In this document: in pieces, positions 52,645 through 64,000 of the stretch
Numbering within the stretch: position 1 is the first letter of the stretch
How the letters are laid out: each line of letters opens with the position of its first letter
Translations under genes and position numbers: made by a program
Notes under the pieces: model-generated
Told to the model about the DNA's origin: nothing
The model's input: only the letters and a program-made list of their open reading frames with translations
The model's database searches: none
Assembly (NCBI GenBank): GCA_905331295.1
Contig: CAJNYD010000432.1
Coordinates: 1-64,000, forward strand
Reading direction: 5' to 3'
DNA: 64,000 nucleotides
Origin: Rotaria socialis
Lineage: Eukaryota

Positions 52645-55600
52645 TCAAGGACGAACAGAATCAGATGATGGTAAACCCTCGTTACTCTCTTTGTTTAAAC
52701 CTTGAACTGGCAGTAACGGAGTTGAATCGATATGTGTTCGCTTTGGACCTAGAAACCAATGACGAGCAGAGACAATCCAATAGACTGCAGCAACCAAAGA
52801 AGTACCACCAATGATGACTACAGCATAGTTCATATTGTTTGATGTCACCGGATATTGAAATGGAAAAAACATAATGAATGCTGTTATAAAAAGCCAAGCT
52901 GATGAAATAACAGCGATCGGCTGACCAAAGCGACCTAGATTGAATTCACCAAGCACAAAACAGTTACGTGCCACTGTGCAACGTAATAGAACAGGTATAC
53001 CATATGATATTTGAAGGCCAAGGGTATTACTAGCGAGAAAAGCATTGAAAGCAGTAGGCTCTGCTAATTGCAATAAAAGAAATGAAGATTCAAGAATGAA
53101 AATAAATATCAAAGTAGCGATTGGACTTTTTGTTGGCTGAAAAATCCAACGAAGAATCGCAGAGAATGGAAGAACTCCATCGCGAGCCATGGCGAAACTG
53201 TAATAAGCAACATGCTTGATATAAATAAAAACAAAAATCGACGCAAAACTTTACCTTATACGACTAGTGCCAGTCAATGATGACATGCCAGCAAAGTACA
53301 TATTGACGAGGAGAAGAATTGTTAATAGAAGTGGTCCCGGAGAAGGGACAGCCAGCTGGCAGGTGGCGATTGCTAAATTAAGTTCACTACCACTATATTG
53401 ATTGCTCTCAACAAAAGAGCGTACATTCGGAATTGAAAAGAGAAGAGCAAGCAAGAAAGTAGCACCAGCTACAGCACTACATATACAAGTGCCCACAATT
53501 CCTTTGGGAGCTGTAAGAAAAAAATGAGACTTCAAAGTGTTCTTCTTTTTGAACGAAATCCGATTGCAAGTTTTTCGAGTCAATCGTTTTCTTAGATATT
53601 CACTCACTTGCACGACTAGCATCACGAGTTTCTTCTGCCAAATGAGCACCACCTACAAAAAACAACTAAGATGACAACGAATGATCACTAATAGCATGAT
53701 TACTGTCATAACCAGAAAATGCAAACAGTGCCGGAATGACACCAATGAAGCACACATAAATGAAAGGAAAGCCAGTACCATTGTATGTGGACGTGAAAAC
53801 ATCTTCGGCAGTAGCTTGTTGACGAGCCATGGTGAAAAGAACGGTAGCAATGATAATTACGCCACCTATTTGAATGCCAGTAGCCAAAGTGTGAATCCAG
53901 CCTTGTTGGTCGATCCTCAGAGCATTTGTCGTAACCCAAATAAAAGTCATGCCGATAGATATGCCTGTTTGAACACCAGTGCTCAACGAACTATTGCCAG
54001 AAATAATCATAGCTGTATTCAGCATTGTAGCAAAGCCAGATGACATTGCAACATCGCCTTTCAAAAATAAAATATTTCAAAGATGTTGAAGACTGTTTTC
54101 TTTCCTACCCATAACATTTCCGATGAAGTTGAACCAACCACATATGAAGCAAGCTAATGGAGCATAGCGAGCAGTCATTAGTTCGCCAGCCCTATATTTA
54201 AAAGTGCGTTTAATCATCAAAACATTCGATAAACATTTTCAGATGAGAACATTCACGGTAATTAGACATTACTGAACTTCATAATACGTGCACGTTCCTG
54301 CGCTTATTAAAGTATGAATGCAACAAAAGGTTTTACCGAAGTTCAGTATTTTATCTGGGTTTCATTTTTCATATGGGCGGTTGAAATTTTAGAAGGGGCT
54401 GCTAGCTAGAAAATTTCTTATCGTGTAGTCCTTTTATGAAATCAACTGCACAGATTCACACAACTGCAACCACTGCATTCTGGCACGTGTTTCATGGTAG
54501 GGCGCGTAAAATAGGGGTGGTCCCTTTTCGTCCTCATTTTTTTTATGGACATCGGTCGGAGAAGTCCATTCCGAACTTCAGTTTCCGGATGTTCGGAATG
54601 AAAACACCGGAAGGTCGGAATGAAAAAGACCGGGTGTTCGGAATGAAAGTCGTCTAGATGTTCGGAACATAAAATGACAGATGTTCGAGACAAAAAATGA
54701 CCGATGTTCGGAACGAAAAAATACAGGATGTTCGGAAGAGAAAATAATTTTTTTATAACATAGTTTATTTTCTTTTATTTCCTAGTATAGTCTTTCACAA
54801 AAAAAAGCATAAGACAACAAAAGTTTATACAAGTGAGAGAATAAATAACTTTTGTAAGAAAAAAATTTTATGTCTATTGTTTTTTTGCAGCGTCTTGTTT
54901 TTTTCTTTTTTGGAATTTGTTTAATATTGGCATCATCTGTTTCGCCTACATTTTCTTTCACTTAATGAACTGCTGGCTGAAAATCTATGAGAATTATTAG
55001 TAAATTTTTTGTTACCAGCACCTACCCTCTATAAAACAGAGAAGTTTATAGTTTTACTACTCATTCCCACTATAAAACATACACCAAAATTCATTTCCAA
55101 CATTCAGTATTTTTTCGTTCCGAACATCTGGACGGTTTTCATTCCGAACATCCGGAAAATCGATTTTATTTTTTATATCCGATTTCGAACATCCGGTCAA
55201 ATAACCTGATGTCCGGAAGAGTGAGGACGAAAAGGGACGCACCCGCGTAAAATACTCTAGTAGATCGAAAAATAAAATTAGTATGGTGCAAATTCTTTAA
55301 GACTGATTCGAATAATTCAAGAGAGAGGCTCATAATAATACGCTTTCTTGCTATGCTGAGCATTAACCAAATCATTTATACTTGCAAAAAGATATATATG
55401 CAATTTCAATAAATGTTCTACCGAACTTCTATCATATTATATAGTATGAAATAGATGAGCCGAATAAACATTAAATGGTGATGTTTAAAAGATGAATATA
55501 CTAAATTTTTCTCATCAATTTTTCCCCATTTTTTTCTACAAATGCTGAACGATTATACAAATATTATTACTTCATTGAAATCTAAGAACATGCGTAAAGA

Positions 55601-56413
55601 TCATGAAAAAAAAATGAAACTGTTCTGATTTTTTGACAACTAAAAATACTCTCATGATATCCAAATTGTTGCTTGTTATAAAACTATTAGTTATTTACTT
55701 TTTTCCATCTTTATCTAGAATTTAAAACAACAAGGGTTTTGCATTTTCAGATTTTGAAGATTGTCAGAAATCCTCATATTGTCTTTTCCTGATATGCAAT
55801 AAAATAATTTTGGTTCAGCGTTGTAAGATGTGATACATATCGATTGGAAAAAGTTTATTCTTGAGTTTAAGCTATAGCTATCGACGAAATGTTAGTTGAA
55901 AATTTATGATTTCTATTCGTTCGATAGAATTCTTTCATAAGGATAAAAAGATATACTACAAGTTCCATAGAGTTTCATTCATAGACTATCATTCCCAGTT
56001 TCTTTGTGTTTCCCTTGGCATGAACTCAAATCTAGTCGTAATTATAGGATGAGATTTGAATAAGATTCCGTCATTAGTGATGTTCTCTCATCAATTACAT
56101 ACCAATGATAGACAGATCCGGCGCTTGGATAGACCGAACATATTTCGGCGAATGACAAACCAACAAGAATTGTGAAGATAGAACTAAGAAACCAGCTCCA
56201 AATGGCAATTGCTGATCCACCTGTCTTCAACGAGAGAGAAAAACCAATTGTAATCGATGCTAGTACATTTACAGCAGTAAAACAAAACGTAAATGACATG
56301 AACGGTGCAAAACCACGGTAGAGCTCTTGCTTATAACCCATTTCACGAAGAAGCCGTACAGCAGAATCTTCTTCTTCTTCTTCTTCATTTGCCTTCTCGA
56401 TTTCCTTGGCCAT
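52645..56413 (-). CDS. APC-superfamily amino-acid permease, ACT/GABA-choline permease type (about 6 exons)
   Basis: LREMGYKQELYRGF, FAEICSVYPSAGSVYHWAGEL, GWFNFIGN, AFSGYD-GGAHLAEETRDA..APKGI, SR..FAMARDGVLPFS, FPFQYPVTSNNMNYAVV, HWFLGP. Confidence 0.88.
54514..55244. mobile_element. Mutator (MULE)-like non-autonomous element in permease intron 1, 10-bp TSD
   Basis: TSD gcgtaaaata at 54504-54513 and 55245-55254. TIRs ggggtggtcccttttcgtcctca / tgaggacgaaaagggacgcaccc. Inverted arrays of ~22-bp gatgttcggaa units. Confidence 0.88.
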
Positions 56414-58005
56414 GTCTACGATAAATAATCAACTGAAAACAAAAAGAATGTATCTCTATATCTGAAATTTAGCGTTTTACATTGTTTCATTATTTTTTCA
56501 AAATCATTTTCATGTGAAAAAGTAATGAACAATGAAAAATGTCATAAATGACTATAGTCTTGAAAGTGGGAACCTCTCATTGGTATGAGTATCTATAGTT
56601 ATCGTGAACCTATTGCTGTCATAGAGAATGTTCATACAAAAGCAATTGTATCTCTGCATAGGACTTGTGTGGAATTGCTGTGATTCTATTCAATTTTCTT
56701 GAGTCACCTATTATGCATTTATACTTACAATCATCGCATTTTTCTCACTTGATTATCTTGATATCTTGAATTAATTAAGCTAACCTATTAGTTAAAATTA
56801 CAGAAAACTGATTCTGTTACACTGTGTGCAATGAAATACAAAGCATTGAAAGTATCACGAATTTTCATAGTGTATAAAATAATGTTTAGCCCACATTGTC
56901 GATTTTTTATCATAGTCGACGATTCATTACGATTTATGAAACGAACAAAAATCGGGTCGAAATATTTCTACATTTGTGTATTAAATTGAAATGTTTCTCT
57001 TTAGAAGAGATCGATAACTATCCCAAAAAGTTAACTTTAGTATCTGGTATAACTTTTTATCAGATGATGCTACACTTGCCTCACATGGCTGAATTTTTGA
57101 TCTAATGAAAAAATCAAACGGACGGACGAGCATTGCCGATTGATAAGCTAGATATTTCAGAACGAATTCTACGTCATAGAAAAACCTCACACACTCGAAG
57201 AAGCCACTCTAATTCAGATGGTACAATTTCTCTAATATAAAAAATACTAAATATTCCTTACTTATGAATTAATATAAAGATATTTTTTATTTACCGTTTT
57301 GTTCTTGGCTAGATTTGAAATGTATAACTCGTAAAAGTTGTTCGCTATTTTCAAAAGCCAACACAGAAAAAAATCGCTTTTTTAGAAGCCAATCAACGAG
57401 ATAATTAAAAATACGACAAGAAATATATGACCAGGAAAAATATGAAGCCATTGGTTGATTATAAAAAGGTTAGTCATGTTCGATTTACCCTTCTTGTATG
57501 AATATCAGAGTGAATAGCAAGCCACAGTTTCCAGCTGCGATTGTGCTGCTTAAGTTTGCACGGAGGACGTTAAATTTTAGCAATCACTCTTGTTGTACAA
57601 AATAGGACAGGACAGAACGAGTAAAATAATACATAAACGTGAGAAAAAAAAATAAAAGAATATGCAGTTGCCTCATTCGAAAAAGCAAAACACAAGGACT
57701 GATATGCACGATTGCGCAGCCTATCACATCATAATGTGCTTTCGATACATACGCATATTCGGCAACTAAAAGAAAAATTATCTACTATCAAATTTTCAAC
57801 GGTATAGTCAACTTTCAAAATTTCACGCAATGAAATCATGTACATCGAGATTAATAGTTAAAAATTTAGATAATTTTGAATGTCGAACTCAAAAATCGTT
57901 AGAATACACACAACTACCATTGAATATATGAGATCTATGTGTGCGGAATCATTTTATTTAGCCCTTTTCGGCTATTATATTAGCGTCACAGTTTCACAAT
58001 TTTCT

Positions 58006-59165
58006 CTACCAATCAATATCAAATTTGACTGGAAGGTGATCACTGATGCGAAGTGCGTCGTCCAACGTCATGCCAAATCTTGTGCCGAAATCTACTGTCG
58101 TATTGCTTCGTGCAATGATCGCATTCACAAAATTGTTTCCATTGATGAGAATACGATCGTATGTACATGTCTGTCGAGTATTTGTTTTCACTTGATTATT
58201 GATCATCCATTTAAAATCCGCAAAGAAAATGCTGCTACAAAGGAAACATAGTTTGACAGGATTGACTACTCAGATAAATATGCAAATGAACTTACCGAAG
58301 TTGGTCTTGTCGTGCCAGAGAGATGTATGTGCAATCCGCATTGAAATCACCAACAATCAAAATCGGATGTTGTGTATGTAAACTAGGTTTATTCTGACTT
58401 GTAGGATTTTCAACATTTTGTATAATGGCCTCGGCATAAGATGTTGCTGTTTGAGAGAAATATTCTGGATGTCGAATAATAAAATCTTCAATGACATGGC
58501 GCATATTCACTGACTCTTGATAGGCATCATCCGGTCGCAGGTGTACATTCATCGTGTATTCAGTTATGCTAAGACTTAGGAATCATTTAATATATATATA
58601 TATATATTCTGAAGATGGAGAATCACAACATTTCTGAATCGTCACTCATAATGGTGAACATTTTGACGCCTGACTTGCCCGGTTGTTTGACTTTATACGT
58701 AGCCATAGAGCTAGAAATAGACATAGAAGATTTGCTTGACAAAATAGTCTGATGCATTTGAAAATTTTACGGTGCTCGTTCAAAATAATCGTATTTACTG
58801 TCATCGTAGACTGATGCACTGAGCAATTGTAAGCCAGAAGTTGCCTCTCGATTGAAAAAAATGTATTGTTCTTTCGATGTTGAATCACCGACACGCTCGC
58901 TCAAAGTCATAGTATAGGGGCCCAAATTTGACACTCTATTGAGTGCTTCATGTAGAACAATGGGTGCTTTTAAGGATACATCGGTTATTTCTTGAATAGC
59001 AGCCAAGTCAAAATCATTGATTATTTGAGCAATAAGATTGGTCAACGTAGCATTGGATGACTTTTTGGGACCATATTGATGCAAATTAAACGAGCCGATT
59101 CGAATAGCCGATGCAAAAGAGCCGAGTATAACTACAAGAAGTAACTTGCATGAAATGTTAATCAT
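58006..59165 (-). pseudogene. Secreted DNase I-family nuclease, coding sequence interrupted by a 93-bp insertion
   Basis: Signal peptide, IRIGSFNL, AAIQEITD, SKEQYIFF, FERAP, NVHLRP, IVGDFNADCTYI, CTYDRI, ISDHLPV. Introns 58770-58711 and 58295-58235 are canonical. The segment 58553-58645 cannot be spliced out as GT-AG in frame. Confidence 0.75.
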
Positions 59166-61654
59166 GTTTTCTTGTTGTTTCGAAAATTCTTTATGGTTAT
59201 TGCGACTGCATGATTTTATAACAAGTGTCGACTATCAAATTTTAGATACATCCACGTCAAAAATTTATGAGTTAGTCGAGTGCCGGCAATATAATTTATT
59301 GACTTCGTTAACTGAAAGACAATAATATGTGAAAAATGACGAAATCTATTCTCATGTATAGCCTATCGCAACGGTAATAATACTTATTACTATCACTATC
59401 AAATATTGATTTATGCACTTTTCAGATTAAAATAAATATTTTCATTGGACGAAGCAACATTATTTTTTAGCGTAGTAGCTGGGAGAGAAAAAATGAACCT
59501 TTTGAAGATTGATAGATATTTGTAGAAAATGCAGATAGATTGTAGCACGAGAGCAAGGCAGCAATATTTTGCCGAGGGTCTGGTTAGAAATAGAACTATG
59601 TAAGACCAATTGTTACTTTCACATCCGCATCGCCACTCTCATTCCACGATGTATACATTAAATAGAAGCTGTCCGCATAGAATGAGCAAGCTGCAAATAA
59701 CCGATAGTGCCTTAAATCGTCCATGTGGGGATCATCCACAAAATACAATACGTAAGCTGAACTGAGTTTTTTAACCAAACACTATTCTACGTCAATATGC
59801 CACAATACAGCATGAAACTACCGATAATTTTCAATGTTCTTAACAAAGAAATGGGAAGCAATGCGAGATTGAAACGAAAGTTAAACTCAACAATACAAGC
59901 ACAACAAAGTGGACTAGTGTGAGGAAAATGGAATTGTTGGTCATTCTTCAATACAAGGCTCAGTCCTTTTTTTCTCTTCCTTTAATCATGTTTCTCTTTG
60001 AGATTCGTTTAGTCGCTTTCCAATGCATAAAAAGAAAACAAGAAATTCCCTTCTCAAAAATTTTATATCTGTTTCGATATTTACATTTTTTGAAACAAAT
60101 CATTCATGAAATTTCTTCAGTGGATAGTCTAGATGTACGTACAAGTTCGCTCTCAAATCAGATTTTGAAGGAGCTTAGGCTGCATAAACATTAAACTAAT
60201 ATCTCTTGATTTTTGAAATGCTAAAGATATAGTTTTACTACATTTGAATCCAGTTACTTCTAAATATTAACTTCTTGGTTCGATTTTCAATAAGATATAA
60301 AAAAAAGGAGTCATAATCTCTATTTTATTCTAATGTCGATTTGTTCGATACTCAAACATTCTCAACAAATAAAACAAGGTTAACACACCATACACGAATA
60401 AATATATGACATTGTTACACAAAATGTTTCTTGTGCAGTCAAACTTTGATAATAATTCAGATTTCAAGAAAAAATATATAGCTACTCTCAAGCCATCTTT
60501 GCGTAATAACTTGATTATTTTTATGCCAATTAGAATTCGTCACTAGCCAATACTATGACTTGCATTTTATTTTCTTCCGTTTCATAAAAATTAGTTGAAT
60601 TCAAAAGACTGTTGAAATAACTCGGTTGATTACCGAAAATCGAATTCATCAAATAAAATATATTAATATCAGTTAACTGTGAATAAGTAGGAAAGAAACA
60701 TAATAGAGTGCATAATTGCCAAAAGCTACTACTTCAGAAAATGTTAATTATCTAAATAAATTTTGTATTGTATGAAATAATATTAATATTCTAACGTAGA
60801 TTATGAACAAACCAAGAACGCTTCTTAGCAAAATTGATAAATTTCAACGCGTACTTCTTTAAAATCTTTTCTTCTCAATTTTACTGCAAATTAATCGTGA
60901 TTGATCATTCAAATTCTTTTGGATTTGTGTTCAGTCGTCGATAGGTGTACATTTTCAATGTTTTGCTGCTGTTGGTTACTTTTTTATGGTTGACTTTTAG
61001 TTCTTATAAATAATAATTTTTGCTCCTATATTATTTAATTTCTATCACGTAACGTCTATTGCTCTAACGATTTATTATTCTTGCAGAACAAATCAATAGT
61101 AATAATACAAATATTAAACTTCAGACTCATAAAATCAATCTTTATTAAACAGAACACTTTTTTTATTCGATCTTTTTGATTTCGACATTTCTACAACACG
61201 CCTGGATATTTGTACGAATAAATACTTCCAATAAAATGCCTTCTCATTGCATAGGTATATTAATGTTAAATAAAAAGTATTCAATAATGCATATTGATAA
61301 TAAAAAAAAATCTTCTATATCGTTATAAGAAAAAATATGTAAACTTGGTTGAGTGCTACACTAAATTGTGTCCAATTGGAATATACATCATTAGTTCGCT
61401 AGTTTTTATTTTCTTCCATTGAAAAGAAAGAAATTGTCTCACCCCATGCGTCTAAAATGGAAGCCACCCCATTAAAAGTAAGAGCTTTTTTTTGTAAGAA
61501 AAAAAAAGAAAGGAAGAAAAAATAGTAAATGTGATTCAGTGACTCGTGCTTGGCTGTAAAGCTAATATTACGACAATTATTCGGTGTCTTATTACTCGCT
61601 TGAAGAAAAATTCAGCATATTTGAAAGCGAAAAACAAACGATAACAATTTCTAA

Positions 61655-63928
61655 ATGCAAGTATTGATTGCTTATCCATTTAAAAGTGAAATTCCTCATC
61701 AAAATCGATTAATTTATTTACCAGAATTAGTTCAAGATGAATCCAGCCTTCGTGTTGCTATTCGTCAACATCATCCTCATATTATTATTGTTGGAAATAA
61801 TGCTGTCGGGAGTGAAACACTTGAACTATGGCGTTCAGTTATGAGTAATAACATTCAGTTAACATTAATTCGAAGAGGTTCATCACTTTCTCGTATTAAT
61901 CTTGATTTAGCCAAACAATTACATATTAATGTATTAAATACATTGAGTGTGAATTCTCGATTTGTTGCAGAATATATGATTGAACATCTTCATTTACCAA
62001 GTAATGGAACTTGTTCCAACATTGCAATTATTGGATCGGGAGCTATTGGAAGTCGAATTGCTTATCGTTTATTTAGAGCTAAACATAAAGTTAATGTTTA
62101 TAGTCCATCATTAACCAATCCCGATGAAACTTGCCGGAATAAAACTCGACGAAAAAAAGGTATCTGCTCGTCTGGCATAGAAGTTTCTATGACACCCGAA
62201 CAGGCTGTTGTCAATGCTACACATGTTATACTTGCTATCGATGCTGATAGAGTTACAAGTGTTAATGAACAATTATCGAAAGAAGTTTTTCAAATCATAC
62301 CAAATGGTGCCAGACTTGTATCTGTTACTGAATTTCGTGTATTTGCTGACGGAGCTCTTGATATTATTATCGAACGTGTTCGACAAGGGCAAATTAGTGC
62401 TCGTTTAGATTCGCATGCATTCGATATAAATACGATTAAAGATCCTCCAACAGAATTAGAAGCTGTATCAGCTGCAATGACAGTACCTGGCTGTGGTGAA
62501 GCTATGGACCAAGCAGCTCTTATTGTTCTTGCTAATGTTGTACTCGAACAATCTTTGAAATCGCCATTAGCATTTTCTCTCGATTCATCGAAACAAAATG
62601 AAGAAATCACTGTTATTGGAGCAGGTATCCTGGGCATAGTAACTGCCTTTTTTCTTAGTGAAAATGGTTATAAAATAACTATTATTGATGAGCACGATCG
62701 TCCTAATCTAGTAAATAAACTACGTCAACATGAAATTGCGTGCCGCGGTACTACACTTGACGGATGCGATGCACGGCAGGCATCTATAACAGAAACAATG
62801 CCACATGCGTTATTTTATAGAATAGATAGTTTAAGAAAATTTCCGTTAGATAATGGAGGATGGAAAATAATACCCGATCAATATACTGACCAAGAAAGTG
62901 CTTGGGTTGATAGATTTAGCGAGCTTGCTGGTTATCCAGAATTAGTTGTCAATCTAGTGAATCAGTTTGTATCAAATTTAAACAGACGTGGGATTGAATT
63001 ATGGGAAGATATATTCCAGAGTTATCCACAATTAGTTCAAGATACTATTAAGAATAGTCGAATTATTCGAGTATGTTCATCATCAACTTCATTAAATGTT
63101 GTTTCATCATTTCAAAAAAAGTATCATAAAAATGAAGATAATCTCGAAATTTTATCACGTGCGCAAATTCTTGAACAAATACCTGGTATTGAACTTAAAG
63201 ATGGAGACGCTGGAGGAATTCAAGTACCTGGTTTTACTGTTAATCATCTAAAACTTTGTCAAAATATGATTGGATATTTAGAAAAAAATCCGAATGTTAA
63301 TTTTAAATGGTCAACTAAAGTTAATTCAATTAATAATATATCTTCGTCAAAAATAATCTTTGCTTCAAGTCTCAATCGATTGGACTCTTCACTATTAGAC
63401 AATATATCATTAGCTATTCAAGGTGTTCTCGGGTGTTGGATAAAACTTCCGAATGTTCATTCAATAAAACATGGATTTAAAATAGCAGAAAAAGAACCAA
63501 TATCTGTTATTAATGTGACACCAAGTTATGATGAACAATATTTATATGTAACAGGTGCTTTTGGTTTTTGTGGCCAACGTGGAATAGTTCAATCTTCTTA
63601 TCTTTCACAATTAGTTGAATTATTTAATTCGACCATACGTTGTTATTTACCTGATGAAATGGAAGCAAGTGAATCGGAAATCGTTCCAATACAATATTGT
63701 ATTCGTCCAATGACTCCAGATGGAATGCCAATTATTGCTCAATTAGCTGTTCAAAATAAAAAACAACAAGTGTATTTTGTTGGTGGAACGAATTCTGGAG
63801 GACTTGTTCAATCACCAATTTTAGCAACAGTTCTCTTAGACTTAATTCAAGGTTCATCCAGTAATACAAATCTTTGTCACGTTTGCAGATCATTACGTCT
63901 TGATAGAAATACTTTATTATTTAATTAA
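61655..63928 (+). CDS. Intronless fusion of a D-isomer 2-hydroxyacid dehydrogenase-like domain and an FAD-dependent D-amino-acid oxidase/dehydrogenase (DAO family) domain, 757 aa
   Basis: N-terminal LIRRGSSLSRINLDLAKQLHINVLNTLSVNSRFVAEY plus Rossmann IAIIGSGAIG. C-terminal ITVIGAGILGIVTA..ITIIDE, RPMTPDGMPII, GGTNSGGLVQSP. Confidence 0.8.
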   Translation: MQVLIAYPFKSEIPHQNRLIYLPELVQDESSLRVAIRQHHPHIIIVGNNAVGSETLELWRSVMSNNIQLTLIRRGSSLSRINLDLAKQLHINVLNTLSVNSRFVAEYMIEHLHLPSNGTCSNIAIIGSGAIGSRIAYRLFRAKHKVNVYSPSLTNPDETCRNKTRRKKGICSSGIEVSMTPEQAVVNATHVILAIDADRVTSVNEQLSKEVFQIIPNGARLVSVTEFRVFADGALDIIIERVRQGQISARLDSHAFDINTIKDPPTELEAVSAAMTVPGCGEAMDQAALIVLANVVLEQSLKSPLAFSLDSSKQNEEITVIGAGILGIVTAFFLSENGYKITIIDEHDRPNLVNKLRQHEIACRGTTLDGCDARQASITETMPHALFYRIDSLRKFPLDNGGWKIIPDQYTDQESAWVDRFSELAGYPELVVNLVNQFVSNLNRRGIELWEDIFQSYPQLVQDTIKNSRIIRVCSSSTSLNVVSSFQKKYHKNEDNLEILSRAQILEQIPGIELKDGDAGGIQVPGFTVNHLKLCQNMIGYLEKNPNVNFKWSTKVNSINNISSSKIIFASSLNRLDSSLLDNISLAIQGVLGCWIKLPNVHSIKHGFKIAEKEPISVINVTPSYDEQYLYVTGAFGFCGQRGIVQSSYLSQLVELFNSTIRCYLPDEMEASESEIVPIQYCIRPMTPDGMPIIAQLAVQNKKQQVYFVGGTNSGGLVQSPILATVLLDLIQGSSSNTNLCHVCRSLRLDRNTLLFN

Positions 63929-64000
63929 AATTTATCATACCCATCTGATCAAATTCAAGTTAAATTTATTTTTAATTAGTTACTTTTTTCTAATTAATCA

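Noticed and set aside
54560..54740. gatgttcggaa repeats with variable gaps, CRISPR-like at first sight
   Set aside because: The ~22-bp period is too short and the units are mirrored at the other end of a TIR element.
59560..59900. Slightly GC-richer coding-like fragment (60-aa ORF)
   Set aside because: No motifs or splice-supported model.

Overview
AT-rich eukaryotic genomic DNA with short GT-AG introns. The gene content (intronless ART-TPR and ankyrin-ART genes, foreign-looking enzymes, many MITEs) suggests a bdelloid rotifer; this is inference and was not verified. The left part (about 4.7-27 kb) holds conserved metazoan genes: a 5-HT1-like GPCR, a compact GW182/TNRC6 homolog with no visible UBA or RRM, and a RalGPS-type RasGEF-PH gene. 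The rest looks accessory: two ADP-ribosyltransferase-domain genes (both disrupted), a PDZ gene, a SOL/calpain-15-like protease with an apparent Cys-His-Asp triad, two alpha/beta hydrolases (one lacks its nucleophile and has a premature TGA), an ACT-type amino-acid permease, a DNase I interrupted by a small insertion, and an intronless fusion of a D-2-hydroxyacid dehydrogenase-like domain to an FAD-dependent D-amino-acid oxidase-like domain. At least nine short inverted-repeat elements are present, most with readable target-site duplications, plus a tRNA-like element. Exon models were built by eye from splice signals and frame continuity; no database search was run.
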